From Acaryochloris marina S15 (GTDB taxonomy: Bacteria; Cyanobacteriota; Cyanobacteriia; Thermosynechococcales; Thermosynechococcaceae): a stretch of DNA of 32,000 nucleotides. Location of the stretch: assembly GCF_018336915.1 (NCBI RefSeq), contig NZ_CP064923.1, forward strand, positions 4,830,001-4,862,000. Direction: 5' to 3'. Numbering within the stretch: the stretch's first letter is position 1; each line of letters opens with the position of its first letter. The notes beneath the pieces were generated by a model. That model had not been told where the DNA came from and ran no database searches. It saw only the letters and a program-made list of their open reading frames with translations. Shown here piece after piece: positions 1 through 9,971 of the stretch. The position numbers and the translations under genes were made by a program.

Positions 1-59
1 GCGCACTCACCACAACCATGTTGGCCAAAGATATCCATTTGTAAAGGCTTTCTTGAGCC

Positions 60-2075
60 TTAGGGAGCAAAAGGATTATGACCGCCCCAACGAGCGGGGA
101 AAATATTATCAAGGATAAAAGATGAGATGCCATAAAACTCCTCTCTGAGCAAAGGAAGTTCTTGGAAACCTGTCGTTAATTCAACGGACAGGAAGGCCAG
201 AACACTAATGCAAGTAATCAATAAATAAAACTGGGTAGACCCTGTTTGGAACAGCTTGAGGATATCGCCGCCAATGACGGTGCCTCGGCCAGTGAGATTA
301 ACGAGCCCATCGACAATGTTGCGATCAATCCAGAGCTGGATTTGGCTCATTTTCTGCATGGCGGTAGCTGAACTGTTGACTAAGCCATCAATCACGAGGC
401 GATCAAACCCAAATAGGAGTTCTCCCAGCGCTTGAAAAGGATTGAGGATTAAGACGGAATAGATGTCATCAATCCAGAATTGGTTAATGGACAACAGGTA
501 GAGAGGACGAAACGTGGTTGCGATCGCAACCGGCCATTGGGGCTTAGCGAGGTAGAGCACTGCTGCTAGACCAATCCCCAATACACCCGCAGCAATCGAA
601 GATCCCATCACCATCCAGTCAATCGCGGCCGCATGATGTTCACCCGAGATGAACGCCTGGAACCAGTTATCCATAAACGGTGAACCGGGGATACCCACAA
701 AGATGGCACCAATAGCTAGACACCAAAGGGGCACTGTCATCAATGCTGGAGATTCATGGGCATGAATCTCAGGGTTACGGGCTTTGCCAAAGAAGGTCAT
801 AAACACGACACGGAACATGTAGAAGGCCGTCATAAAAGCCGTCAACAAGAGGATGCCGTATACCAAGAAATGTCCTTCTTTATAAGCTTCCAGCAGAATT
901 TCGTCTTTAGACCAGAAACCAGACAGAGGAGGAACCCCAGCGATTGCCAAAGAGGCAATAATGAAGGTCGCACCCGTCTGCTTCATCTTCCCGAACAGAC
1001 CGCCTAATTGGCGCATATCTTGTTCATGGGCACCGTGGATCACACTGCCTGCACCAAGGAATAGCAACGCCTTAAAGAAGGCATGGGTCATCAGGTGAAA
1101 CGTCCCTGCGGTCATGCCACCCAAGCCCATGGCTGTCACCATATAACCCAACTGGGAAATAGTGGAAAAGGCCAGAACTTTTTTGATATCCGTAGCGGTT
1201 AAGGCAATATAAGCCGCCATAAAAGCGGTCAAGGTGCCGATCCCCATCACCCAGGGCATCACCGCCGGGAAACTGGTGAACAGCACAAAGGAGCGAGCAA
1301 CCAGATAAACACCTGCCGCCACCATCGTCGCCGCATGAATCAAGGCACTCACCGGAGTCGGGCCTTCCATGGCGTCTGGCAACCAGACATGCAACGGAAA
1401 TTGAGCCGATTTACCGACGGTTCCACAAAAGATCAAAGGAGCTGCCAGCCACAGCAACGGTGCACCTGTCTCTACAGCATTGGGAAGATCCACAAAGCTG
1501 AGAGTGCCACCCGTCACAAACAAGGTCATGATGCCGAGAAATAAGCCCACATCACCAACGCGGGTGGTTAAGAAGGCTTTCCGAGAGGCATTCGCGGCTG
1601 AATCCTTGTGAAAGTAAAAACCAATTAGCAAATAAGAGCAGAGACCCATGACTTCCCAAGCCATGAAGTACTGCACATAATTGTTGGCAATGACCAAGGT
1701 CAGCATGGCCGCCATGAACAGGGACACATAGGCAAAAAACCGGTGATAGTATTTCTCACCGTGCATATAGCCAATGGAATAGACCTGAATCAGGGTACCA
1801 ATCACCGTCACCACAAACAGCAAGGTAGCTGAGAGTGGATCCAATAAATAGCCAAAATTGAGGTCATAATTTCCTAAGGTCAACCACAGCCACTCATGGG
1901 AGTACTGGCCGCCTTGGGCGACTGCCCAAGCTGCCGGTAAAGCAATGGCCGAAGAGGCAACACTTGTCAGGACTGAAATCCATCCAGAGAAACTACCTAA
2001 CCGATGACCAAAGAAAAGATTGATTGCAAACGCAATCAAAGGAAATAGGGGTATTAGGTATGCAAATTCAGTCAT
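60..2075 (-). CDS. ndhF: NAD(P)H-quinone oxidoreductase (NDH-1) subunit 5, NdhF (long, NdhF1-like form)
   Basis: The ORF track starts at a TTG (2090). The first ATG, at 2075, gives MTEFAYLIPLFPL..., the usual NdhF/NuoL N-terminus. Antiporter-like subunit motifs are present (WEVMGLCSYLLIGF, SAQFPLHVWLPDAMEGPTPVSALIHAATMV, ISQLGYM). A length of ~671 aa with a C-terminal extension fits the NdhF1 type rather than the shorter NdhF3/F4. Confidence 0.9.
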   Translation of the reverse strand: MTEFAYLIPLFPLIAFAINLFFGHRLGSFSGWISVLTSVASSAIALPAAWAVAQGGQYSHEWLWLTLGNYDLNFGYLLDPLSATLLFVVTVIGTLIQVYSIGYMHGEKYYHRFFAYVSLFMAAMLTLVIANNYVQYFMAWEVMGLCSYLLIGFYFHKDSAANASRKAFLTTRVGDVGLFLGIMTLFVTGGTLSFVDLPNAVETGAPLLWLAAPLIFCGTVGKSAQFPLHVWLPDAMEGPTPVSALIHAATMVAAGVYLVARSFVLFTSFPAVMPWVMGIGTLTAFMAAYIALTATDIKKVLAFSTISQLGYMVTAMGLGGMTAGTFHLMTHAFFKALLFLGAGSVIHGAHEQDMRQLGGLFGKMKQTGATFIIASLAIAGVPPLSGFWSKDEILLEAYKEGHFLVYGILLLTAFMTAFYMFRVVFMTFFGKARNPEIHAHESPALMTVPLWCLAIGAIFVGIPGSPFMDNWFQAFISGEHHAAAIDWMVMGSSIAAGVLGIGLAAVLYLAKPQWPVAIATTFRPLYLLSINQFWIDDIYSVLILNPFQALGELLFGFDRLVIDGLVNSSATAMQKMSQIQLWIDRNIVDGLVNLTGRGTVIGGDILKLFQTGSTQFYLLITCISVLAFLSVELTTGFQELPLLREEFYGISSFILDNIFPARWGGHNPFAP
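520..527. repeat. HIP1 octamer GCGATCGC
   Basis: Exact palindromic octamer, inside ndhF. Confidence 0.9.
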
Positions 2076-2745
2076 AGTTTCCCATTTCAAGAGATCGATT
2101 AATGTATCCCCACAAACTGTCTTCCTGATTCTGGCGGCAGCAGCTAAACATCAAGCTAAGCTGCTCCGTGGAATCGATAGACTATTAAATAAAACAAAGA
2201 TAAATTTCAGAAATTTTACATAATTCATGGGTGGACGGAAATACCGACGACAGAACCAAATTAAGGGTCGAGTCGATTTTTCATTTCGTTAATCGTACTT
2301 GCTAAAAAAAAGTGTGTATGTCAAGCAGGGAAAGGCTTAAAACCCTGTCTCTGCCTGCAAGACCTTATTTTAACAGCAACAAATTTCAGGTGATGGGTGG
2401 TCAATCGACAGGGCGTTAAAAATAGGAATTCATCCCTAGATTTTGACCGATCTCCTGTTTATCCCGCTTCTCTTTTCCTAGGTCTTCAAAAGCTGACTCC
2501 ATAGTCGCTTACTTGATTTGAGCAGAGTCATCATTTTTGATGAATTACTGTGAAAAAACTGATCCTGAAGAAAATCTTTTATTTCAAATTTTTCAGAGTT
2601 AAAACTTAAGTTTCTTTAACCTAAGAAATATGTCCCATATGTAAACAAATGTATCGGCACTCTTGAGCCATAAAATGCAGCTGCCCAAGCCATAATGCAG
2701 TTGGCTTTCTAGCCACGTTTTGTAGGAGAGGGCCCCAATTAGACC

Positions 2746-4848
2746 ATGAATATGACGGGTAATGGCATCTTTGAGGAGCATTTCTTCCTCCGCCCCACCG
2801 CCGACCAGGAATTAGTCACCTCCATCCTGATTGTGGGGGGATCTACCGCCGCCTATGGAGCAACCTTAGGAGCGTTACAGGCTGGGAGCCAAGTGTGCTT
2901 AGTGCAGCCTCAACTAGTCCTAGGCGGACAGTTCACAGCCCAAGGCTTACCGGCCTCTGATGATGGCAAGTTATTAACCCCCTATGAGCTGATCCCCTCC
3001 CATCGACGAGATCCCAATCAATTAAGGGATAGTGAGTGCTTTGCATTGTCGCGATCACAACGACAATTCCGACAATGCCAACGTCAGCAACAACCCGTTA
3101 ATAACCAAATCATTCAAAATCCTGGAGGCAGTTGGGTTAGTCATCTGTCCGTCACGCCAACAGTAGCTGCAGACTGTCTTAATACAGCGATTCGGCCCTA
3201 TTTAGAGCAAGGTTTATTGACGCTTATTCCTTGGTCAACTCCCATAAAGATATTGATGGAAGAATCGCCACGCCGAATCATGGGCGTTCAGTTCAAAGAT
3301 GCACAGACTCACCATCACTTCACCGTTAGGGCACAAATCACTATTGAGGCCACGGATCTGGGGGACCTGCTCGAACTCGGCAATATTCCCTCGCGCGTGG
3401 GGCAAGAGTCCCGTTCCCAAACCCAGGAAGCCGCATTACCCGAAGATTCTCACCCTGAATGCCAGCAGGCCATCACGTTTTGTGCCGTAGTCGAGCGTAG
3501 TTCCCAACATACATCCCCCCTATCAGCCCCATCAGGGTATGACCATCAACCATGGCTACAATCCTGCGATTTCACCGATGAGTTTTGGATCCACCAGCCG
3601 GATCAATGGCAAAAATATGACTTTTACGATCCAGACGGTATGTTTCGGTATCGTCGGGTGTATCGCAGTCAGGATAGTGATGCCGTTCAGCCTGGAGATA
3701 TCACTGTTCTCAACTGGGCCACAAGTCCCTTAGGGGTTAATGGCGGGCCGCCAGATTCCTCAGCTCCACTAGGGTGTGGCAATGATTATCCCTTTGGTTG
3801 CCTAGTCGGAATTAGCCCAGAGAAACGACAAGAACAGGTGATACGGGCGCGCGATCGCACCCAAGCCTATATCCACTACCTCCAAACTCATAGTCACCCC
3901 GAACTCAAACCCAGAGGAGATTTGACCTGGACCGAAGATGGTATTGCCCTAGAACCTTATATCCGAGAAGCCCGCCGCGGCATCGCACTCACCACCATTC
4001 GCCATGAAGATGTTGCGGCCAAATTTTTCCCCAATCAGATGCGAGCCCGGACTTTTACAGACAGCGTGGGCATCGGTCAATACCATTACCTCGACGTTCA
4101 CCCCAACCATGCCCCTGGACATGTGGAGTTAGGAGATGGTCACGATGCCCTGCCGTTTACTCTGCCCTTGTCAGCTTTAATCCCCATAGATACTGAAGGG
4201 CTGATCCTATCTGCCAAAAGTATCGGCACCACTCACATTACCAATGCCTCTTATCGCATGCATTCTATGGAATGGGCCATTGGTGAAGCTGGAGGTCATT
4301 TAGCCGCCTTTGCTCTTATGGAAGGCGTGACCATACAAAACATCACGGAACAGCAGACACTACGAATACAGTTCCAAACCCATCTAACCCATCAGGGCAT
4401 TCCCATCATTTGGTTTAACGACGTAAGTCATGACGATCCAGACTTTGCAGCTATTCAAGTGTTAACAGCCACAGGAATTCTCCCACTCCAGAACCTGCAA
4501 ACCTTAAACTTCATGCCCGATCAGGCTGTCATCTGGAGGCGCTTTCGGAGGGCATTGGCACAAGTATTGCAATGGTCCCTTGAATCCGACATCTCGAATC
4601 TTGCTTCTCTAGAACCAACCCCCTCTGCTGCTAGAGCTCAGCTTGTAAGGGAAAACAGCCTAGACCGTTTTCAATTCGATCCTGAACACCCCATCTCCCT
4701 TAGCCAAAGCAAACGGTTACTTGAGCAGCTATCCCTAGACCCTCTACCAGCAACCTTTAACGCTTCATTAGTTGAGAACAAACCTATTACGAACCGGATT
4801 GCTGCCCAGATTTTGTGGCACCTATGGACATCTATCCCCCATCTTTAA
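2746..4848 (+). CDS. FAD-dependent oxidoreductase-like protein, function unknown (~700 aa)
   Basis: A long uninterrupted ORF with an N-terminal dinucleotide-binding motif: ILIVGGSTAAYGATLGALQAG..VCLVQP....GGQ. AGGAGAG lies ~17 nt upstream of the ATG. No signal peptide is evident, and I can name no other catalytic motif. Confidence 0.7.
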   Translation: MNMTGNGIFEEHFFLRPTADQELVTSILIVGGSTAAYGATLGALQAGSQVCLVQPQLVLGGQFTAQGLPASDDGKLLTPYELIPSHRRDPNQLRDSECFALSRSQRQFRQCQRQQQPVNNQIIQNPGGSWVSHLSVTPTVAADCLNTAIRPYLEQGLLTLIPWSTPIKILMEESPRRIMGVQFKDAQTHHHFTVRAQITIEATDLGDLLELGNIPSRVGQESRSQTQEAALPEDSHPECQQAITFCAVVERSSQHTSPLSAPSGYDHQPWLQSCDFTDEFWIHQPDQWQKYDFYDPDGMFRYRRVYRSQDSDAVQPGDITVLNWATSPLGVNGGPPDSSAPLGCGNDYPFGCLVGISPEKRQEQVIRARDRTQAYIHYLQTHSHPELKPRGDLTWTEDGIALEPYIREARRGIALTTIRHEDVAAKFFPNQMRARTFTDSVGIGQYHYLDVHPNHAPGHVELGDGHDALPFTLPLSALIPIDTEGLILSAKSIGTTHITNASYRMHSMEWAIGEAGGHLAAFALMEGVTIQNITEQQTLRIQFQTHLTHQGIPIIWFNDVSHDDPDFAAIQVLTATGILPLQNLQTLNFMPDQAVIWRRFRRALAQVLQWSLESDISNLASLEPTPSAARAQLVRENSLDRFQFDPEHPISLSQSKRLLEQLSLDPLPATFNASLVENKPITNRIAAQILWHLWTSIPHL
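3851..3858. repeat. HIP1 octamer GCGATCGC
   Basis: Exact palindromic octamer, inside the FAD-motif gene. Confidence 0.9.
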
Positions 4849-5183
4849 ACTTCAATCATCGATAAGATTAATCGATTTAGAGCCAACGCCCCTACGTTGC
4901 AGAACACGACATCGAGATGGAGACCAAGTCAGGGAAATGGATTGACCTCTCATTTATCTACAAAAACTCTCCATCTAAGTTGTCCACCGCCTGAGAATTA
5001 AGTTAAATTTAGTTAAGATTGATGTTCGACTTGTCTCGAGTTGGCTTTTCACGAGGTCCAATCCTGAGGGAACTCTCAAAGAGTTTATACAAAGTCGGTT
5101 GAGATCGTTCTCGCTTCGCTTCAGACATGCCAAACCCCAAGCAAGGCTGTGCGTTGCTTTTACCGAAAGGGCCCATATAAACG

Positions 5184-7076
5184 ATGAAATCTTCTTGGAA
5201 AATACTTCTTCTGTGGCTTTTGCCATCTTTATTGATTGTGTTCTTCCTCTGGCAAAGTGTCTTTGCCCCTGCAGCAAACACCACACCAGAAACGAGTAAT
5301 GCTGCAAACTCACGGATGACCTACGGTCGGTTTCTTGACTATCTAGAAGCAGGCCGAATCCAGAAGGTCGATCTATTTGATGGTGGCCAAACCGCCATTA
5401 TTGAGACGACAGACATAGAAATTGGCGGTCCAGTTCAGCGAGTCCGCGTGGCCCTACCTGGGTCAGCTCCCCAGCTGATTGCCAAACTCAGAGAAGACAA
5501 GGTTGACTTTGATATTCACCCAGAACGCAATACAGGAGCTGTTTGGGGCTTACTCGGCAACTTAATTTTCCCCATCTTCTTGATTGTGGGTCTATTCTTT
5601 ATTTTCCGTCGGTCTAGCAATGTCCCTGGTGGACCTGGCCAAGCCATGAACTTTGGTAAGTCCAAAGCCCGCTTCCAAATGGAAGCCCAAACCGGAGTCA
5701 TGTTTGATGATGTAGCCGGTGTCGAAGAAGCCAAAGAAGAACTAGAAGAAGTCGTCACCTTTCTGAAAAAGCCAGAGAAGTTCACAGCCGTCGGCGCCCG
5801 GATTCCTAAAGGAGTCTTGTTAGTTGGCCCTCCTGGAACTGGTAAGACCTTACTCGCCAAAGCTATTGCAGGTGAAGCAGGTGTTCCTTTCTTCAGTATT
5901 TCTGGCTCAGAATTTGTAGAAATGTTTGTAGGTGTCGGTGCTTCTCGAGTCCGTGACCTATTCAAAAAAGCCAAGGAAAACGCCCCTTGTATTATCTTCA
6001 TCGATGAGATTGATGCCGTTGGTCGTCAGCGGGGCGCTGGTATCGGTGGCGGTAATGATGAAAGAGAGCAAACTCTTAACCAGCTCTTGACTGAGATGGA
6101 TGGCTTCGAGGGCAACACCGGAATTATTATTCTTGCTGCCACCAACCGCCCTGACGTCTTAGACAACGCTTTACTCCGTCCAGGCCGATTTGACCGTCAA
6201 GTCACGGTAGATGCCCCGGATATCAAGGGTCGCCTAGAGATCCTGTCTGTGCATGCTCGGGATAAAAAGCTAGCTGAAGACGTTTCCTTAAAAACGATTG
6301 CTCGCCGCACCCCTGGCTTTACTGGGGCTGACCTAGCTAACTTACTGAATGAAGCGGCTATTCTGACCGCTCGTCGTCGGAAAGAAGCCATTACACTTTC
6401 TGAAATCGATGATGCCGTAGACCGGGTCGTCGCCGGTATGGAAGGCACTCCCTTAGTGGATAGCAAGAGCAAGCGCTTGATTGCCTATCATGAAATCGGT
6501 CATGCCATTGTTGGCACTCTCAAGAAAGAACATGATCCCGTCCAAAAAGTGACCCTGATCCCTCGAGGCCAAGCCCAAGGTTTAACTTGGTTTACTCCCT
6601 CGGATGAGCAGGAATTGGTATCGAGATCGCAACTCAAAGCCCGAATGGCAGGAGCGATGGGTGGACGTGCTGCCGAGCAAGTTGTGTTTGGTGATGCAGA
6701 AGTAACCACGGGTGCCGGCGGCGACTTGCAGCAGGTGACAGGTATGGCCCGACAGATGGTGACCCGATTCGGAATGTCTGATTTAGGTCCCCTGTCTTTA
6801 GAAGGTCAGCAAGCAGATGTATTTCTGGGGAGAGACCTAATGTCTCGATCTGAATACTCCGATGCAATTGCAGGTCGCATTGACGCCCAAGTTCGTGAAT
6901 TGATTCAGCATGCCTATGAAGAAGCGATTATCATCGTTCGGGACCATCGTCCTGCGGTTGACCGATTGGTTGACCTCTTAGTAGAGAAAGAAACCATTGA
7001 CGGTGAAGAATTACGTCATATTCTGGCAGAATACACGACGGTACCTGAGAAAGAACGCTTTGTTCCCCAGCTATAA
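5184..7076 (+). CDS. ftsH: ATP-dependent zinc metalloprotease FtsH (FtsH2/slr0228-like)
   Basis: Motifs present: Walker A GPPGTGKT, Walker [31 protein letters not shown], zinc site HEIGHAIVG, and N-terminal TM segments. The N-terminus ([11 protein letters not shown]...[16 protein letters not shown]) closely matches my recollection of Synechocystis FtsH2. Confidence 0.97.
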   Translation: MKSSWKILLLWLLPSLLIVFFLWQSVFAPAANTTPETSNAANSRMTYGRFLDYLEAGRIQKVDLFDGGQTAIIETTDIEIGGPVQRVRVALPGSAPQLIAKLREDKVDFDIHPERNTGAVWGLLGNLIFPIFLIVGLFFIFRRSSNVPGGPGQAMNFGKSKARFQMEAQTGVMFDDVAGVEEAKEELEEVVTFLKKPEKFTAVGARIPKGVLLVGPPGTGKTLLAKAIAGEAGVPFFSISGSEFVEMFVGVGASRVRDLFKKAKENAPCIIFIDEIDAVGRQRGAGIGGGNDEREQTLNQLLTEMDGFEGNTGIIILAATNRPDVLDNALLRPGRFDRQVTVDAPDIKGRLEILSVHARDKKLAEDVSLKTIARRTPGFTGADLANLLNEAAILTARRRKEAITLSEIDDAVDRVVAGMEGTPLVDSKSKRLIAYHEIGHAIVGTLKKEHDPVQKVTLIPRGQAQGLTWFTPSDEQELVSRSQLKARMAGAMGGRAAEQVVFGDAEVTTGAGGDLQQVTGMARQMVTRFGMSDLGPLSLEGQQADVFLGRDLMSRSEYSDAIAGRIDAQVRELIQHAYEEAIIIVRDHRPAVDRLVDLLVEKETIDGEELRHILAEYTTVPEKERFVPQL

Positions 7077-7099
7077 GCTCAAACACTAGCCAATCATTG

Positions 7100-7132
7100 A
7101 AAAGAGGGTGAGTTAAACTCGCCCTCTTTTTT
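7100..7132 (+). terminator. Rho-independent terminator after ftsH
   Basis: The stem AAAAGAGGGTGAG / CTCGCCCTCTTTT has a 10-bp GC-rich core with one G-U pair and A-T extensions. The loop is TTAAA and it ends in a run of six T. It begins ~24 nt after the ftsH stop codon. Confidence 0.75.
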
Positions 7133-7227
7133 CGCAAATATGTTCTTTTACGAGGATCTCTTGACGAGGATGGCCCGCAAAGCTTTACGATGAGTTAGTT
7201 TATGCCTTTCATCGTTCGCCACACGCT

Positions 7228-8040
7228 ATGAAGCCCTACCTTGCTGCCGCAGTTCAAATGACCAGTTTGCCAGATTTACACAAAAATTTGGCCCAAGCCA
7301 CAGATTTAATTGAGCTCTCAGTGCGCCGCGGGGCCGAGTTAGTATGTTTACCCGAAAACTTCTCTTTTCTCGGAGATGAAGCAGCCAAAATCGAACAAGC
7401 TGAGACGATTGGTTTAGAATCTGAGAAATTTCTCAAAACCATGGCTCAGCGGTTCCAAATTACGATTTTGGGAGGTGGATATCCAGTTCCTGCTGAGGCT
7501 GGCAAAGTTTACAATACAGCCCTACTCGTCGCTCCCAATGGTCAAGAGCTGGCTCGTTACCGCAAAGTCCATCTCTTCGACGTTGAGCTCCCAGACGGCA
7601 ATATTTATCATGAATCGGGAATTGTGCTCGCCGGATCTGAGATCCCCCCCATTTACTCGTCACCCAAGTATGGCAACTTAGGGATGTCCGTTTGCTACGA
7701 TGTCCGCTTTCCCGAGTTCTATCGGGCTTTGTCTAAGGCTGGCGCAGACGTGCTGTTTGTTCCTGCTGCATTTACTGCTTTTACCGGAAAAGACCACTGG
7801 CAAGTGTTACTCCAAGCTCGTGCCATTGAAAATACCACTTACGTAATTGCCCCAGCCCAAACGGGTTTTCACAACTCTCGCCGTCAGTCCCATGGCCATG
7901 CTCAGATCGTTGATCCGTGGGGAGTCGTCTTAGCAGATGCCAGCATTGAGCCAGGGGTAGCTGTAGCTGCCATCGAACCTTCTCGACTAGATCAAGTGCG
8001 ACAGCAAATGCCTTGTTTAAACCATCGCGTATTTGGTTAA
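7228..8040 (+). CDS. Carbon-nitrogen hydrolase family protein (nitrilase / omega-amidase-like)
   Basis: 270 aa. The Glu-Lys-Cys triad contexts typical of the nitrilase superfamily are present: CLPENF, YRKVHLFD, SVCYDVRFPE. Confidence 0.9.
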   Translation: MKPYLAAAVQMTSLPDLHKNLAQATDLIELSVRRGAELVCLPENFSFLGDEAAKIEQAETIGLESEKFLKTMAQRFQITILGGGYPVPAEAGKVYNTALLVAPNGQELARYRKVHLFDVELPDGNIYHESGIVLAGSEIPPIYSSPKYGNLGMSVCYDVRFPEFYRALSKAGADVLFVPAAFTAFTGKDHWQVLLQARAIENTTYVIAPAQTGFHNSRRQSHGHAQIVDPWGVVLADASIEPGVAVAAIEPSRLDQVRQQMPCLNHRVFG

Positions 8041-8167
8041 GTCTTTGGCTTCCAAGCACCCCCATCTATTGACTACAGGATGTTGAGCAATTTGCTACGG
8101 TTTTGGCAGTGTAGGTTAATGGCTGTGCCGACTTCCACTTTATAAGTCCTCTTTATCCCTAAAATGT

Positions 8168-9625
8168 ATGGCTGATGTATTGATTCCTTCGGTTACAACG
8201 GTAGCGGGGATGCCTTCCCTTATGGATTTTGCGCCTGCTTTACCGTTAGCTGAAGTGAGTGGAGAGGCGAGTGTGGGAGCCGAAGAAGCCCCGCTGATTT
8301 TAGCCGGGGTGCTCCTCAGCCTGATGGTGATTTATCTGGCAAGCAAGGTAGGTGGAGAACTCTGTGCCCGCATTAATCTACCGCCAGTTTTGGGCGAACT
8401 CGTCGGGGGTGTTGTCGTTGGAGTTTCAGCCCTACATTTGTTGATGTTTCCAGAAGCGGGGGCGGTAGAAACCACACCCTCTATGCTAGTCAGCTTTTTA
8501 GGATCCACTACTGGAGCAGGTACTGAAACTGCGATCGCAGTGTCGCAAACCTATAGCGAAGTCATCTCCGTACTCGCCGAACTAGGCGTGATTATCTTAC
8601 TTTTTGAGATTGGTTTAGAGTCAGATCTGCAAGAATTAATCCGAGTTGGCCCTCAAGCTGCCATTGTGGCAGTCGTCGGGGTAGTTGCTCCCTTCCTTTC
8701 AGGGACATTGGGGTTAATCTACCTTTTTCATATGACAGCTATTCCAGCCATTTTTGCTGGGGCAGCCCTCACGGCAACGAGTATCGGCATTACCGCCAAA
8801 GTCCTGGCTGAGTTACAGCAACTGAGTTCGGAAGAAGGGCAAATCATTATTGGGGCAGCGGTGCTGGATGATGTCCTAGGCATTATTGTTTTAGCCGTCG
8901 TTGCCAGCTTAGCTAAAACCGGCGAAGTCGAAATCTCCAATATTGTCTATTTGGTGATTAGTTCCGTTGTCTTTCTCGTCGGCTCGATTGTCCTTGGCCG
9001 TTTCTTGAGTCCCTACTTTGTTGCCCTCGTCGACAAACTACAAACTCGCGGTGACTTGCTCCTATCGTCCTTAATCTTTGTCTTCTTTCTGTCTTATATC
9101 GCTACAGCCATTCATTTAGAAGCCATTCTGGGCGCTTTTACAGCTGGATTAGTCCTAGCCGAAACCGACAAACATAAAGAACTAGAAGAACAAGTCATCC
9201 CCTTAGCAGACATGTTTGTCCCTATCTTTTTTGTCTGTGTGGGGGCAAAAACCGATGTTAGCGTTCTCAACCCACTGGTACCAGAGAATCGTGAAGGACT
9301 GGTCATCGCCGCATTTTTGATTATTGTTGCTATTATTGGCAAAGTGATCACAGGATTCACTATTTTGGGGCAACCTGAGATTAATCGTCTAGCCATTGGC
9401 GTCGGGATGATTCCCAGGGGAGAAGTTGGACTGGTGTTCGCCGGTGTTGGTTCAGCTAGTGGTGCCTTATCACGTCCACTAGAAGCAGCCATCATTGTTA
9501 TGGTGATTTCAACAACGTTTCTAGCACCACCCATGCTGCGCGTTGTATTCCAGTCATCCGATTCAGGTGAACCAGCCTTGAGTGTAGAGGTTGCATCTGT
9601 AGCGGCCGATGATGTTGATACTTAA
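8168..9625 (+). CDS. Cation:proton antiporter (Na+/H+ exchanger family, CPA2-like)
   Basis: 485 aa and polytopic, with ~11-12 hydrophobic segments. Exchanger-type segments include LGELVGGVVVG, LLFEIGLESD and PRGEVGLVFA. No C-terminal KTN/TrkA domain is present. Confidence 0.85.
   Translation: MADVLIPSVTTVAGMPSLMDFAPALPLAEVSGEASVGAEEAPLILAGVLLSLMVIYLASKVGGELCARINLPPVLGELVGGVVVGVSALHLLMFPEAGAVETTPSMLVSFLGSTTGAGTETAIAVSQTYSEVISVLAELGVIILLFEIGLESDLQELIRVGPQAAIVAVVGVVAPFLSGTLGLIYLFHMTAIPAIFAGAALTATSIGITAKVLAELQQLSSEEGQIIIGAAVLDDVLGIIVLAVVASLAKTGEVEISNIVYLVISSVVFLVGSIVLGRFLSPYFVALVDKLQTRGDLLLSSLIFVFFLSYIATAIHLEAILGAFTAGLVLAETDKHKELEEQVIPLADMFVPIFFVCVGAKTDVSVLNPLVPENREGLVIAAFLIIVAIIGKVITGFTILGQPEINRLAIGVGMIPRGEVGLVFAGVGSASGALSRPLEAAIIVMVISTTFLAPPMLRVVFQSSDSGEPALSVEVASVAADDVDT
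8531..8538. repeat. HIP1 octamer GCGATCGC
   Basis: Exact palindromic octamer, inside the antiporter gene. Confidence 0.9.
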
Positions 9626-9971
9626 ATCAATGTTGTAGCCGACAGAGCACTGTTCAATCAGGACCTTAAAGGACCTACTGTTCTCCCAAATACAGATAAT
9701 GCTTGATCAAAACATGATTAAGATCAAATCTCTGTAACCACTACCTGACATGGCATCTAATGCCGTCATTGGGGTACAGCCGCAAGTCATCTCAGAAACT
9801 TTGATGCTCAATTGGGCGTCCCAAAGCTTGCAGACTGGCATACCCCGTTTACGGACTAGGCGAGCGTCAAGTGCTCCTACGTTGAGACAGCTTGAAAACG
9901 TTAGGGGGTCGATTTATCCATGGAGACATTGCATGCGCCACCATTTACAGACTGTTCATAGACAAAGGGGG

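Noticed and set aside
1-38. Possible start of another minus-strand gene (MDIFGQHGCGEC...) 21 nt downstream of ndhF
   Set aside because: Only 12 codons fall inside the window, too few to support a call.
2227-2292. Tiny ORFs in the ndhF upstream spacer (e.g. the 21-codon MGGRKYRRQNQIKGRVDFSFR at these coordinates, and a separate 33-codon ORF just downstream)
   Set aside because: They have no ribosome-binding site, no recognisable family, and lengths expected by chance in AT-rich DNA.
2599-2781. 60-aa minus-strand ORF overlapping the start of the FAD-motif gene
   Set aside because: It lies mostly in the AT-rich spacer, overlaps a better-supported gene start, and has no recognisable features.
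4975-5313. 112-aa and 91-aa minus-strand ORFs upstream of and overlapping the ftsH start
   Set aside because: They overlap each other and the well-supported FtsH N-terminus. Their sequences have no recognisable motifs or hydrophobic pattern, so they are most likely chance ORFs.
5516-6001. 161-aa antisense ORF inside ftsH
   Set aside because: It lies opposite the AAA+ core of an unambiguous FtsH. Its Pro/Ser/Thr/Ala-rich low-complexity translation is typical of antisense frames.
9112-9534. 140-aa antisense ORF inside the antiporter gene
   Set aside because: It lies opposite a clear polytopic transporter, and its composition is a mirror artefact.
9750-9971. Upstream 74-codon extension of the amidase ORF (track start at 9750)
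   Set aside because: The extension lacks a signal peptide or any domain. The ATG at 9972 is preceded by AAAGGGGG and starts a typical signal sequence just before the AMIN domain.
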